NCBI RefSeq assembly: GCF_000008645.1
Contig: NC_000916.1
Span: 1,620,001 to 1,652,000, forward strand
Length of the DNA: 32,000 nucleotides
Direction of reading: 5' to 3'
From: Methanothermobacter thermautotrophicus str. Delta H
GTDB taxonomy: Archaea > Methanobacteriota > Methanobacteria > Methanobacteriales > Methanothermobacteraceae
Under the pieces are notes generated by a model, which was not told the origin of the DNA, did no database searches, and worked only from the letters and a program-made list of their open reading frames with translations. This document shows positions 21,781 through 31,380 of this stretch, piece after piece. Each line of letters starts with the position of its first letter. Within the stretch, counting starts at the first letter, position 1. Both the position numbers and the translations under genes were made by a program.

Positions 21781-22432
21781 ATGTATGAGCTGCTCTCCTA
21801 TCACCTTGAGGACAGATCACCGGTCCACCCATCCCTTGAGGATGTCAGCATAACCATCAACACCACTGTAGGGAATGATGGATATGAGACCCACACCATC
21901 CGGACCAGCAACCATGCAGGTACACACATAGATGCACCGGCCCACTTCATTGAGGGAGGAAGGAGGATCTCTGACTACAGTATAGATGACCTTATCTTCA
22001 ATGAGGTCTCCATAGTTGAGGTGGATGCGGGCCCAGGTGTCCCCATAGGAAAGGATGACATTGACGTTGTTGACTGTGAGCTCCTCATCATAAAAACAGG
22101 TTTCGGGTCACGCAGGGGAGAGGATGTTTACCTCAGAGACAATCCATGGATAGACCCTGAACTCATAGACCATATAAGAAGAAACTTCAAGGGGATAAGG
22201 GCTCTTGGAATTGACTGTATATCGATATCCACTTCATCAAGGCCCTCTGAGGGGAGGATGGCCCATCTGAAACGCCTTCATGGAGAGGCCCGAGTACGGA
22301 GACCCCCTCCTTCTCATAGAGGACATGAAACTTGACAGGGTCCGGGAGGTTACCGGGAGGGTGTTTGCTGTTCCATGGATGCTTGGATCTGTTGACAGCG
22401 CACCCTGCACCGTTATAGCGGAGCTGAGATGA
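21781..22432 (+). pseudogene. Cyclase/kynurenine-formamidase-like protein, frameshifted near 3' end
   Basis: HAGTHIDAPAHF motif; after about 22270 the normal C-terminus continues in another frame (NAFMERPEYGDPLLLIEDMKLDRVREVTGRVFAVPWMLGSVDSAPCTVIAELR*); span 652 nt = 3n+1. Confidence 0.8.
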
Positions 22433-22842
22433 GTGACATGGAAATAAGGATAAGGCCCGTCGGGGTTGTAAGGTCACCCTTCAAGACCAGGAGCGATGCA
22501 CCGGCACAGGGAAGGTTTTCCAGCGAGGAAAGTGAGATCCACATCTTTCCAGAGTACCTGGACGCGGTGGACGGTCTTGAACTCTTCAGCCACATCTTTG
22601 TTTTATACTGGCTGCACCTCGCTGAGAGGAATGTTTTAAGGGTGGTACCCAGGGGTAAAAGGAAGAAGAGGGGTGTTTTCTCTACAAGGGCTCCTGCGAG
22701 GCCCAACCCTGTGGGGCTCTGTCTTGTGGAGCTACTTGAGTGTGGGGAGATACTGAGGGTCAGGGGCCTTGATGCCCTGGACGGTTCCCCGGTTATTGAT
22801 ATAAAACCATACTATGAGGATATAGATTCACTGGGGTTCTGA
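22429..22842 (+). CDS. trmO: tRNA (N6-threonylcarbamoyladenosine(37)-N6)-methyltransferase, TrmO/TsaA family
   Basis: IRPVGVVRSPFKTR, GVFSTRAPARPNPVGLCLVELL; ATGA overlap with upstream gene. Confidence 0.9.
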   Translation: MSDMEIRIRPVGVVRSPFKTRSDAPAQGRFSSEESEIHIFPEYLDAVDGLELFSHIFVLYWLHLAERNVLRVVPRGKRKKRGVFSTRAPARPNPVGLCLVELLECGEILRVRGLDALDGSPVIDIKPYYEDIDSLGF

Positions 22843-22926
22843 TGGTTTTCTGAATGGTTCTTCAGCATCCGGGGGATATGGATTCACTGGGGTTCTGATG
22901 GTTTTCTGAATGGTTCTTCAACATCC
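22818..22926 (+). repeat. Near-perfect tandem duplication, 53-nt copies, 56-nt period, 2 mismatches
   Basis: GGATAT(A/G)GATTCACTGGGGTTCTGATGGTTTTCTGAATGGTTCTTCA(G/A)CATCC at 22818-22870 and 22874-22926. Confidence 0.93.
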
Positions 22927-23380
22927 CTTACGAAGGGTTCTATCTTGCAGTCGCAGGTATCTTCCTTTATCTCCCTCTCTGTGATTGCGACTGTTTCGAT
23001 GGGTTCCATACCAAGGATTTCCTTCATGGTCCTGAATGTTCCCTCTGCACCGCTTCCACCGTAGGTGCAGAAGAAGGCCACATTCTTTATCTTTGAACGG
23101 TTCTCCTTCAGGTAGGTGCTTATGGGTACAGATGCTTACCAGCCCATACCGGAGTTCCAGCTATCACAAGGTCGTAACTGGAGGGGTCCTTTTCATAGGG
23201 TTCAAGGACGGTGTCCTTCCCCCTTGCAGCCTGGTAACCTGATTTTATAAATCCTATGATCCCTGTACGTTTCTGGGTATCATGGATCTCCTCGATATCG
23301 CATCCAAGTTCATCGGCTATTCTGGCTGCAACCTCCCTTGTGTTCCCGGTTCTTGAGTAATATACCACAAGTGCTTTCAT
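22884..23380 (-). pseudogene. Flavodoxin/FMN-dependent protein, split by a frameshift
   Basis: MKALVVYYSRTGNTREVA...VIAGTPVWAGKHL continues in shifted frame as PISTYLKENRSKIKNVAFFCTYGGSGAEGTF; span 497 nt = 3n+2. Confidence 0.83.
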
Positions 23381-23592
23381 GTAGTCTAATATGTGGATCT
23401 GTTCATTTATATTATTGCTTAATTTTAAAATCAGTTTTCTGTCTTCCAGGGGTTCTCTTGCGTTTCATATCTCATGGAGTGTTCCTTTGATGCTTTAAAA
23501 GCAGGGTTCTCTGTTTATCTGCGGAACGTATTCTGTGATCTTAGCTGAAAAAACTGTGAGATGATAGCATGCACTAAATTGAAGCTGGCCTT

Positions 23593-23601
23593 CATATAAA
23601 C
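23593..23601 (+). promoter_or_regulatory. Candidate archaeal TATA box upstream of hairpin-rich intergenic region
   Basis: CATATAAAC in an otherwise non-coding interval, predicted start around 23622. Confidence 0.4.
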
Positions 23602-23619
23602 TTAGAAATAGTCCCTGCA

Positions 23620-23728
23620 TGTGATAATATGGGGGGTAGCTTCCAGAGATTTTAAGGGGGGTTGTTAGGAGTGAAAAAACGGGGAGGTGCTTTATTTTTT
23701 CACATCTCTGGAAGCTGATATTTTTTTG
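23620..23728 (+). ncRNA. Candidate unannotated structured RNA with long bulged hairpin and T-tract
   Basis: AGCTTCCAGAGAT (23638-23650) plus GTGAAAAAA (23671-23679) jointly complement the contiguous arm TTTTTTCACATCTCTGGAAGCT (23695-23716), followed by T7 (23721-23727). Confidence 0.4.
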
Positions 23729-23729
23729 T

Positions 23730-23765
23730 GCTTTCAACAGAACGAATATCCCGGATGTTGAAAGC
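23730..23765 (+). repeat. Inverted repeat, perfect 10-nt arms
   Basis: GCTTTCAACA (23730-23739) and TGTTGAAAGC (23756-23765), 16-nt loop. Confidence 0.85.
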
Positions 23766-23931
23766 CATAATAAGGGGGTGATGTGTGTATGAGACACACA
23801 AACCTATATGTTAGAATACTCCTATATAAACATTTCGGTGAGGTGAAGGGTGAATTAGGTGATTGAACATAATTAATGTAGTGGACCATGAGATGACAAT
23901 CTTTAATTTCAGAACCTGAAGGAGTGAATCC

Positions 23932-24606
23932 ATGAAAGAACCTGTGGAAGGGCCACTATTCACGGCCCGCACATGCAGGGAGTACCTTAAAATGTTCAAC
24001 CTCAACCCTCCCGACCTGAGGGACCTCCGGATACTGGACTGCCCGGGGGGTGCCAGTTCATTCACCCCCATCATGGCCGCAGCTGGTTTTGATGTGAGGG
24101 CATGTGACATCATGTACGGCGAGGAACCAGGGATCCTCGGTGAAATGTGCAGGGAGCACCTCCGGACCCTCACAGAAGCATTAAAAAGAATTAAAGATAC
24201 CTTTAAATGGGAATTCTATAAATCCCCTGATGAGATGCTTGAAAAACGCCTTGAAGCATGCAGCTGCTTCGAGGAAAGCTACAGACTGAACCCCGCCCTG
24301 TACATCAGGGGGGATCTCAGGGAGCTACCCTTTGATGACGGTGAATTCGACCTGGTGGTCTCATCACACCTCCTGTTCATCTACGAGCACAGGCTTGACC
24401 GGGAATTCCATAGAAAAGCCCTTGAAGAACTCACAAGGGTGGGCTCAGAGGTGAGGGTGTACCCCATCGTCAGGGAAAACGGTGAACTGGCGGATTATGC
24501 AAGGGAACTAATAAATGATGGGATGAGGGGAGTTGATGTTGATGTGGTGGAGGTGGACTATGAGTTCAGGAGAGGTGGCAACAGGATGCTCATACTGAGG
24601 AGCTGA
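23932..24606 (+). CDS. Class I SAM-dependent methyltransferase
   Basis: ILDCPGGASSFTPIMAAAGFDVRACDIMYG; DLVVSSHLLFIY; TATA-like CTATATAAAC at about 23822. Confidence 0.82.
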   Translation: MKEPVEGPLFTARTCREYLKMFNLNPPDLRDLRILDCPGGASSFTPIMAAAGFDVRACDIMYGEEPGILGEMCREHLRTLTEALKRIKDTFKWEFYKSPDEMLEKRLEACSCFEESYRLNPALYIRGDLRELPFDDGEFDLVVSSHLLFIYEHRLDREFHRKALEELTRVGSEVRVYPIVRENGELADYARELINDGMRGVDVDVVEVDYEFRRGGNRMLILRS

Positions 24607-24627
24607 TCCAGTTTTCAGGACATCCAC

Positions 24628-27216
24628 CTACCTTTTTATTTCATCTATTATCGCCTGGTGCATTCTCCTTATGAATTCTATCCTGTCCTCATATTTGAGG
24701 ACATCCAGGTAACCCTGGGCCACAAGGTTGAAGGCGAAGGGTGATGGTATGCGGGTGTTGATCTGTTTTATCTCCATATCACCGTCCCTTATCCATTCAA
24801 GCACCCTGATGGCATTTTCAATGTCCATGTAGTCCTCCATGACCTCCCTCCGCGCTTCCTCGAGGATAGGGAACTTATCATCAAGTTCACTCACAAATTT
24901 GAGGAGTATCTTACCCCGCACCTGCTGCCTGCCAACCGATTTCTCCTCGCCCCTGTACCTCCGAAGTATCATAAGTGCACGGCCAGCACAGTGCCTGAAT
25001 CTGCTTGCCAGCGTCTCTGTCCTGTCAAGGGCCTTCTTGAGCACATTCCTCAGGTTTTCAGGTTCAAGTTCCCTGAAGGCCTCAAGACCACCCATTTTGC
25101 CCTCTGAACTGAGGTAGAAACCATTGTCAGATACAGATATCATAACATCCCTCCGGTAGCGTCTGGCAATGACGTAGGCGACTGCACGGGAGATTGCATC
25201 GTTCACCCTCCTCCCGAAGAGACTGTGGAATACAATGAACTTCCTCCCACCGAAACCTGTGTAGTACTCCACCAGCATTCTCCTTATACTGGGTATTCCG
25301 GCGTAGAGGTACTGCTCACGGAAGTATTCGTAGATGGAGGACGCCGCCCTTTCGTCCACATGAAGGTAGCTCATTATGAATTCCATTATCTCATCCCTGG
25401 AACGTCCATACTGAAACTTTCCATCCATTATATCCCTGAAGCGCTGTATATCCAATGCAAGATCAAAGGAGAGGGGTAGCTGCTCTGAGAACCATGAGGG
25501 GATCGTCGGAGGCCCTGAGGCCGGAGTGACGTTCACGGTCATGCCCCTGGCATAGTTGAAGCGGTATATTCTGCCCCCAAGCACAAAGGTGTCCCCCTTC
25601 CTGAGCTTCTCCATGAAGTCCTCCTCGATTCTCCCCACGACCTTACCGCCGCACTTCACAACCGCAGCGCTTCTATCCGGTATCGTGCCTATGTTGGTGG
25701 AGTAAAGCATCCTTGCAAGTTTACCCCTCTTCCCGAACTGGTTCTTATCATAGTCAACCCAGATCTTGGCGTACACGTACCTTTCCTCAAGTTCCACGTA
25801 CTCACCGGCCAGGTAACTGAGGACAGAGAGGTAATCCTCCCTACTGAGGTTCCTGTAACAGTAGCTGTTCCTTATGACCGCAAGGGCATGGTCGATGTCC
25901 CAGGGGTTCTCGATGGCCATCCCGTATATGTGCTGGGCCAGCACATCCAGGCAGTTCTCGGGTACCTTGATGGAGTCGATTTTACCCTCAAGGGCATTTT
26001 TGAGTATGAGTGAACACTCAACAAGGTCATCCCTGTCCACAACAACTATCCTCCCCTTAGATCTCTGGTGAAGCTGATGGCCGCTCCTCCCGATCCTCTG
26101 GAGGGCCCTTGAAACTGATTTGGGGGAACTCAGAAGCACCACAAGGTCTATGTAGCCTATGTCGATACCGAGTTCAAGGGAGGTGGATGACACAACCGCC
26201 TTCAGTTCACCCCTCTTGAGCTTCTCCTCGGTTTCAAGTCGGATCTCCCTTGAGAGTGATGAATGGTGGGCCATGATGTTGCTATCACTGTAACTCTCAG
26301 GGAAACGACTTTTAAGGTTATATACAACGCTTTCAGTACCGCTCCTGGTGTTTGTGAATATCAGGGTTGTTCTGTGATCCTCTATGAGGTCATGGAGGAT
26401 GTCATAGAGGGCGTTCCCTATCTCCTCGGGATCAGCGGCAACGATATCATCCACGGGGCATATGAGGTCGATGTCCAGTTCCTTCAGGTAGCTGACGTCA
26501 ACTATCAGACACTCCCTCTCTGAACCGTAGCTGTAACCAACCAAGAACCGCGCGACCCTCTCGAGGGGGTGGACGGTTGCTGAGAGACCGATCCTTGTGA
26601 AGTCCCCCACGAGGTGCTGCAGCCTCTCAAGGCTGAGGGAGAGATGGACTCCCCTCTTATTATCTGCAAGGGAGTGTATCTCATCAACTATAACATAGCG
26701 GACGGTTGAAAGCTTTTCCCTGAATTTTGGTGCGACAAGGAGTATTGAGAGTGTCTCAGGAGTTGTTATCAGTATGTGGGGTGGTTTTTTGAGCATCCGT
26801 GACCTTTCATAGCTGGTAGTGTCCCCTGTCCTGACAGCCTTCCTTATCTCAAGGTCCCTGCCCTCCCCTGCGGCGATATCCCTGATGGCACTGAGGGGCT
26901 CCTCCAGGTTCCGTTCAATGTCGTTGTCCAGCGCCTTGAGGGGTGATATGTATATGCAGTAGACACTGTCCTCAAGCTCCCCATCATCTGCAAGTCTCGT
27001 CAGTTCGCTGATTATCGATAGGAAGGCGGTGAGGGTCTTGCCGGACCCTGTAGGGGAGGATACCAGGACATTCCTTCCCCTGTGGATGTCCATTATGGCA
27101 TACCTCTGGGCCTCTGTGAAGTCATCGAAGGTCCTCCTGAACCATTCACTCACCCATGGATGGAGTATGGAGTGTATCTCTCCGGATGTGTACATCCTCT
27201 CCTGTTTCTTTATCAT
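24628..27216 (-). CDS. Lhr-type (large helicase-related) SF2 ATP-dependent helicase
   Basis: 862 aa; [58 protein letters not shown]; Lhr-core C-terminal region. Confidence 0.95.
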   Translation of the reverse strand: MIKKQERMYTSGEIHSILHPWVSEWFRRTFDDFTEAQRYAIMDIHRGRNVLVSSPTGSGKTLTAFLSIISELTRLADDGELEDSVYCIYISPLKALDNDIERNLEEPLSAIRDIAAGEGRDLEIRKAVRTGDTTSYERSRMLKKPPHILITTPETLSILLVAPKFREKLSTVRYVIVDEIHSLADNKRGVHLSLSLERLQHLVGDFTRIGLSATVHPLERVARFLVGYSYGSERECLIVDVSYLKELDIDLICPVDDIVAADPEEIGNALYDILHDLIEDHRTTLIFTNTRSGTESVVYNLKSRFPESYSDSNIMAHHSSLSREIRLETEEKLKRGELKAVVSSTSLELGIDIGYIDLVVLLSSPKSVSRALQRIGRSGHQLHQRSKGRIVVVDRDDLVECSLILKNALEGKIDSIKVPENCLDVLAQHIYGMAIENPWDIDHALAVIRNSYCYRNLSREDYLSVLSYLAGEYVELEERYVYAKIWVDYDKNQFGKRGKLARMLYSTNIGTIPDRSAAVVKCGGKVVGRIEEDFMEKLRKGDTFVLGGRIYRFNYARGMTVNVTPASGPPTIPSWFSEQLPLSFDLALDIQRFRDIMDGKFQYGRSRDEIMEFIMSYLHVDERAASSIYEYFREQYLYAGIPSIRRMLVEYYTGFGGRKFIVFHSLFGRRVNDAISRAVAYVIARRYRRDVMISVSDNGFYLSSEGKMGGLEAFRELEPENLRNVLKKALDRTETLASRFRHCAGRALMILRRYRGEEKSVGRQQVRGKILLKFVSELDDKFPILEEARREVMEDYMDIENAIRVLEWIRDGDMEIKQINTRIPSPFAFNLVAQGYLDVLKYEDRIEFIRRMHQAIIDEIKR

Positions 27217-27960
27217 TCAATCACCCGGATAACCTGTTTTCTGCTGAAACTTCAGAAGGTCCCCCACGGTCCCGAATTCGAAGATCTCAAAGTCCTCAAC
27301 ACCATAAACCAGGAATTCAGTGAGTTCAGACTCCCTCAGAAAGGGGGAGAGTATATCCTCATGGAGGATGTCTGAACCCTCTGTAACGAAGTTAAAGGAG
27401 GGCATCACAAGGAGTTTCATGTCCCTGAAGGGGCCAAGCAGGAAACATTTGATCTTCTCAACCCTCTCACCGCTTCTTAAACCCACACAGGGATGTTCAT
27501 GGCCGATGATTATTGTCTCAGCATCAAGGTCTTCGGGTACAACGTGGCCGTGTGCAAGGAGGAAACAGGATATCTTGAGGGTTTCGGTGACACTGAGATG
27601 TGACACCTGTGACATGTAGGGTATGAGGGCGTCATGGTTTCCCCTGATGATGGTTATATCCCTGAAGTTCTCCTCAAGGTACTGCATCATTCTGATGATC
27701 TCACGGTTCTCCTGCCAGCTCACCCTTCCGAACTCATGTTTAAGGTCCCCGTTTATGATGATACCTGAGGCTCCGGACACGTCCCGTATGGCGTCTATCC
27801 GTTCAATTATCCTCCTGAACTGGAAACCGGGTACCATAACACCCTGTGTGTTGAGGTACTGCTCGTAGCCCAGGTGGAGGTCTGCAATGACCATGGAATC
27901 CTCAATGATGAGGGACAGGTCACATATTTCAAGGTCATCCATGAGTCTGTAGGTCTTCAT
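27217..27960 (-). CDS. Metallophosphoesterase adjacent to Lhr
   Basis: VIADLHLGYE, INGDLKHEFG, IIRGNHD, IIGHEHP motifs. Confidence 0.92.
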   Translation of the reverse strand: MKTYRLMDDLEICDLSLIIEDSMVIADLHLGYEQYLNTQGVMVPGFQFRRIIERIDAIRDVSGASGIIINGDLKHEFGRVSWQENREIIRMMQYLEENFRDITIIRGNHDALIPYMSQVSHLSVTETLKISCFLLAHGHVVPEDLDAETIIIGHEHPCVGLRSGERVEKIKCFLLGPFRDMKLLVMPSFNFVTEGSDILHEDILSPFLRESELTEFLVYGVEDFEIFEFGTVGDLLKFQQKTGYPGD

Positions 27961-28900
27961 GGCGTCACCAGGACTGTCGTTAAATATATGAGGTCAAGCA
28001 TGCCGAAGACTATGAGGGAGTTCATAACAAGCTCAGATTTGCTTGCAACATCCTCTCTATCCCCTGAACCGTAGAGTGAATGGATGCACGGGATTGTGAC
28101 TGTGAGTGATAGGGCTGCTATTACCAGGAAATTGATCCCGGGACTGAAACTCTCTGATAATGAAAGAAGGGCCAGCATCACCGTTGCGGTGGCTGATGCA
28201 AGGATCATTATCCTGCGGGAATCTCTGACCCCGAGGTGGACTGGAAGGGTCATTTTACCTCCCAGCAGGTCCTCCCGGAGGTCGGGTATCTCAACGTTTA
28301 TTATGAATACGAGCTGCAGCAGCATTATCGGTACCGAGAAGAGCAGAATCCGGATGTCAGGCCCACCTGCCATTACAGAGTAACCCATGGCTGGAAATAT
28401 GAATCCGGTGATGGCGGTTGCCGGTTCACCAAGGCCCCTGTATGAAAGCCTGAGGGGCGGTGCACTGTAGAACCATCCAAGGAGGCTTCCAGAAACAGTA
28501 AGCAGGAGTACTGAGGGATTCCGGAGGGTTATGGTGTAAATTATGGACAGTGTTATGGATGCGGCTATAAGAAAAACTGCAAATCTCCAGCGAAGCTTCG
28601 CAGTTCAGGGTGCCTCTGGAGGACACCGCTTCCACCGGAGTACTTCGTTGAAGAATCCGGTCTGTCAAGGTCAAAGTCATAGTAGTCGTTGCTGTAGGAT
28701 ACAGATAGGTGTGCTGGCATAACTATGAGGTAACCGGCGATGAACTGTTCCGCTGAAATATGTCCAGTCTCTATGGCTGCAAGGACAGCTCCAGTGGCAT
28801 AGAGTATAAAGCCGGCTCCAAGGAAGGGGAGCCTTCCAAGCCGGATTATTTCACGGATTGTTTCAGTATTCCATGCAGGATTCTTCATGGGAATCTCCAT
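27957..28900 (-). pseudogene. UbiA-family prenyltransferase, split by a frameshift
   Basis: YSNDYYDFDLDRPDSSTKYSGGSGVLQRHPELR joins after -1 shift to KLRWRFAVFLIAASITLSIIYTITLRNPSVLLLTVSGSLLGWFYSAPPLRLSYRGLGEPATAITGFIFPAMGYS...; span 944 nt = 3n+2. Confidence 0.85.
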
Positions 28901-29049
28901 TGAATTACTGTGGAATATTTATATCATCGGGGAGATAAATTAATTTTCATTGATGGAGCTGAACACGTAGGCATGGTCGGAAGTCAGTTGTCTTTGGTTA
29001 CTGGAGAGGTTCGGAGATTACGGCATATCAGGAAAAAACAGGTGATCTT

Positions 29050-29601
29050 ATGGTCAATGCAAGGTTGAAGGAAATGAGGCTAATGGAGCCTCAGAAGAGG
29101 ATGGAGGCCATAGAAAAACTTGAACCTTCAGAGGAATCAGTTGAAATACTCATAGCTTTTCTGGAGGATGAAAGTCATCCCGTAAGGTTTAAAGCAGCTG
29201 AAAAACTTGCAGAATTTGGTGAAGCATCCCTTGAGAAACTAATGGAGATAATGGATACGGCGGAGGGCGAAATCAGGAGATACGCAACCTTCGCACTCAA
29301 GAAGATAGGAGATCCCCGTGTTACAGACCACTTCATAGAGGCCCTCAGTGATGAGGACTGGGGCGTAAGGAAGTTTGCTGCAAGGTCCCTGGGTGAACTG
29401 GGAGATCTGCGTGCAGTGGAGCCCCTTATAGCTGCCCTTGATGATGAGGACTGGGGTGTTAAACTTGCAGCTGTAAGGTCCCTTGGAGACCTTGGAGATG
29501 AGAGGGCCATAGAACCCATCAAGAAGGCCAGAAGAAAGGGTGATAAGGACTTCAAGAAGGCTGCAAACAAGTCCCTTAAAAAGATCCAGTCAGGACGATG
29601 A
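29050..29601 (+). CDS. HEAT-repeat (PBS-lyase type) protein
   Basis: Successive repeats VTDHFIEALSDEDWGVRKFAARSLGELGDLRAVEPLIAALDDEDWGVKLAAVRSLGDLGDERAIEPI. Confidence 0.9.
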   Translation: MVNARLKEMRLMEPQKRMEAIEKLEPSEESVEILIAFLEDESHPVRFKAAEKLAEFGEASLEKLMEIMDTAEGEIRRYATFALKKIGDPRVTDHFIEALSDEDWGVRKFAARSLGELGDLRAVEPLIAALDDEDWGVKLAAVRSLGDLGDERAIEPIKKARRKGDKDFKKAANKSLKKIQSGR

Positions 29602-29870
29602 CATGCAAGTAAATTATCAGTTTTTGCTGTTTCTTTTCTTTAGTTGATTTATGGTCTGGCTAGTGTGCGATAACGTGCTGTTCCTTTGATTCTTCAGTTA
29701 AACTGATTTAAGGATCAGAGAGGACATTGTTCATCCACCCCTCCTTTTCACATCATATCTATGCGTCGACACATCACTGTTTCTGCACATTTCAATAATG
29801 AAATATCCATTTAATGAAGTTTTTATATCTGCTTCAACATAATACTATTAATATGGTCTGTGGTGGTTTT

Positions 29871-31358
29871 ATGAATATTGTGATTGTTGGAGCTGGATTC
29901 GGGGGAATATCTGCAGCGGCACTCCTTGCACAGAAGGGGCTGGAAGTAACTGTCATTGAGAAAAATGAGGGTCCTGGGGGACGTGCAAGCGTCTACAGTG
30001 AGGGGGGATTCACCTTTGACATGGGACCATCATGGTACCTCATGCCAGACGTCTTTGAAAACTTCTTCGCAGAGTTCAATGCCAGGCCAGAGGATTTCTA
30101 TGACCTCAAAAAACTTGAACCAGCATACCGCGTATTCTTTGACGGGGGAAGGGTAGTTGATGTATCATCTGATATTGAAAAGAACTATGAACTCTTTGAC
30201 AGCTTTGAGGAAGATGGGGGTGAAAGACTCAGGGAGTACCTGGAATCAGCCGGTAAACTCTACGACTCGGTTGTGAAGGAAATGCTCTACAGGGACTACA
30301 GGTCAGTCCTGGACTTCCTTAATGGAAAGCTCCTGCTACAGGGATTGAGGCTCAACATACTCGAATCTCTTGAACACTTCGTTAACAGGCGATTTAAGAG
30401 TGACGAGGCCCGCAAGATACTCCAGTACTCAATGGGATTCCTTGGAAGCGCACCACAGAACACACCCTCAATGTATCATATAATGTCCCATATCGACATG
30501 ACCCTTGGAGTCTTCTACCCTGAGGGGGGTATAAGGAGGGTTGCCCAATCAATATATGAACTCGCCCTTGAACATGGAGCCAGATTCCACTTCAACGAGG
30601 AGGTTAAAAGGATAGAGGTAATCGATGGAGTGGCAACATCTATCATAACCGACAGGAACATCTATGAAGCTGATGCGGTCCTGGTGAATGCGGATTACCC
30701 CCACAGTGAACTGGAACTTCTTGATGAACCCCACAGGACCTATGATGAGGCATACTGGGAGTCCAGGGTAATGGCACCATCAGCCTTTGTAGCCTACCTC
30801 GGAGTTGACAGGGTTATAGATGCCCTTGAACACCACAACCTCTTCCTGGAGAGGGACTGGGCCGATAAATTCCAGGAGGTATTTGACCCCCGGAGGGCGA
30901 GGTGGCCAGAGAGACCATCCTACTATGTGAATGTACCATCACGGACAGATACGACTGCTGCCCCCCAGGGATCAGACACCCTCTTCATACTGGTCCCCCT
31001 CGCGCCGGGCATGGAGGATAACGAGGAACTCAGGGAGGGCCTCTACCGGAGGGTCATGGATGACCTTGAGAGGAAGGTGGGTGAAAATATACGTGACCAT
31101 GTTGTTGTGAAGAGGATATTCGCCATAAATGATTTCAGGGACCGTTACAATGCATACAGGGGCACAGCCCTGGGTCTTTCCCATACACTCAGACAGACAG
31201 CCCTCTGGAGACCATCACATAAGAGTAAGAAGGTTAAGAACCTCTATTACACGGGACATTACACCCATCCAGGTATAGGCGTGCCGATGACACTTATCTC
31301 CTCCCAGATAGTCTGCAACGAGATGATGGATGATATGGGAATTAATCCGGATGGATGA
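29871..31358 (+). CDS. Phytoene desaturase/CrtI-family FAD-dependent oxidoreductase
   Basis: MNIVIVGAGFGGISAAALLAQKGLEVTVIEKNEGPGGRA dinucleotide-binding motif; C-terminal YYTGHYTHPGIGVPMTLISSQIV; TATA-like TTTTTATAT near 29820 implies start at 29871 not 29814. Confidence 0.92.
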   Translation: MNIVIVGAGFGGISAAALLAQKGLEVTVIEKNEGPGGRASVYSEGGFTFDMGPSWYLMPDVFENFFAEFNARPEDFYDLKKLEPAYRVFFDGGRVVDVSSDIEKNYELFDSFEEDGGERLREYLESAGKLYDSVVKEMLYRDYRSVLDFLNGKLLLQGLRLNILESLEHFVNRRFKSDEARKILQYSMGFLGSAPQNTPSMYHIMSHIDMTLGVFYPEGGIRRVAQSIYELALEHGARFHFNEEVKRIEVIDGVATSIITDRNIYEADAVLVNADYPHSELELLDEPHRTYDEAYWESRVMAPSAFVAYLGVDRVIDALEHHNLFLERDWADKFQEVFDPRRARWPERPSYYVNVPSRTDTTAAPQGSDTLFILVPLAPGMEDNEELREGLYRRVMDDLERKVGENIRDHVVVKRIFAINDFRDRYNAYRGTALGLSHTLRQTALWRPSHKSKKVKNLYYTGHYTHPGIGVPMTLISSQIVCNEMMDDMGINPDG

Positions 31359-31380
31359 TTTTTACTGTATAAACCTATTA

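Noticed and set aside
22818-22926. Possible minimal CRISPR
   Set aside because: Only two units with a 3-nt gap, no spacers, no cas genes.
24839-27868. Plus-strand ORFs opposite the Lhr helicase and phosphoesterase
   Set aside because: Entirely contained within well-supported genes; no recognisable domains.
29320-29540. Repetitive DNA suggesting a tandem repeat element
   Set aside because: Explained by protein-level HEAT repeats with conserved DEDWGV codons, not a non-coding repeat.
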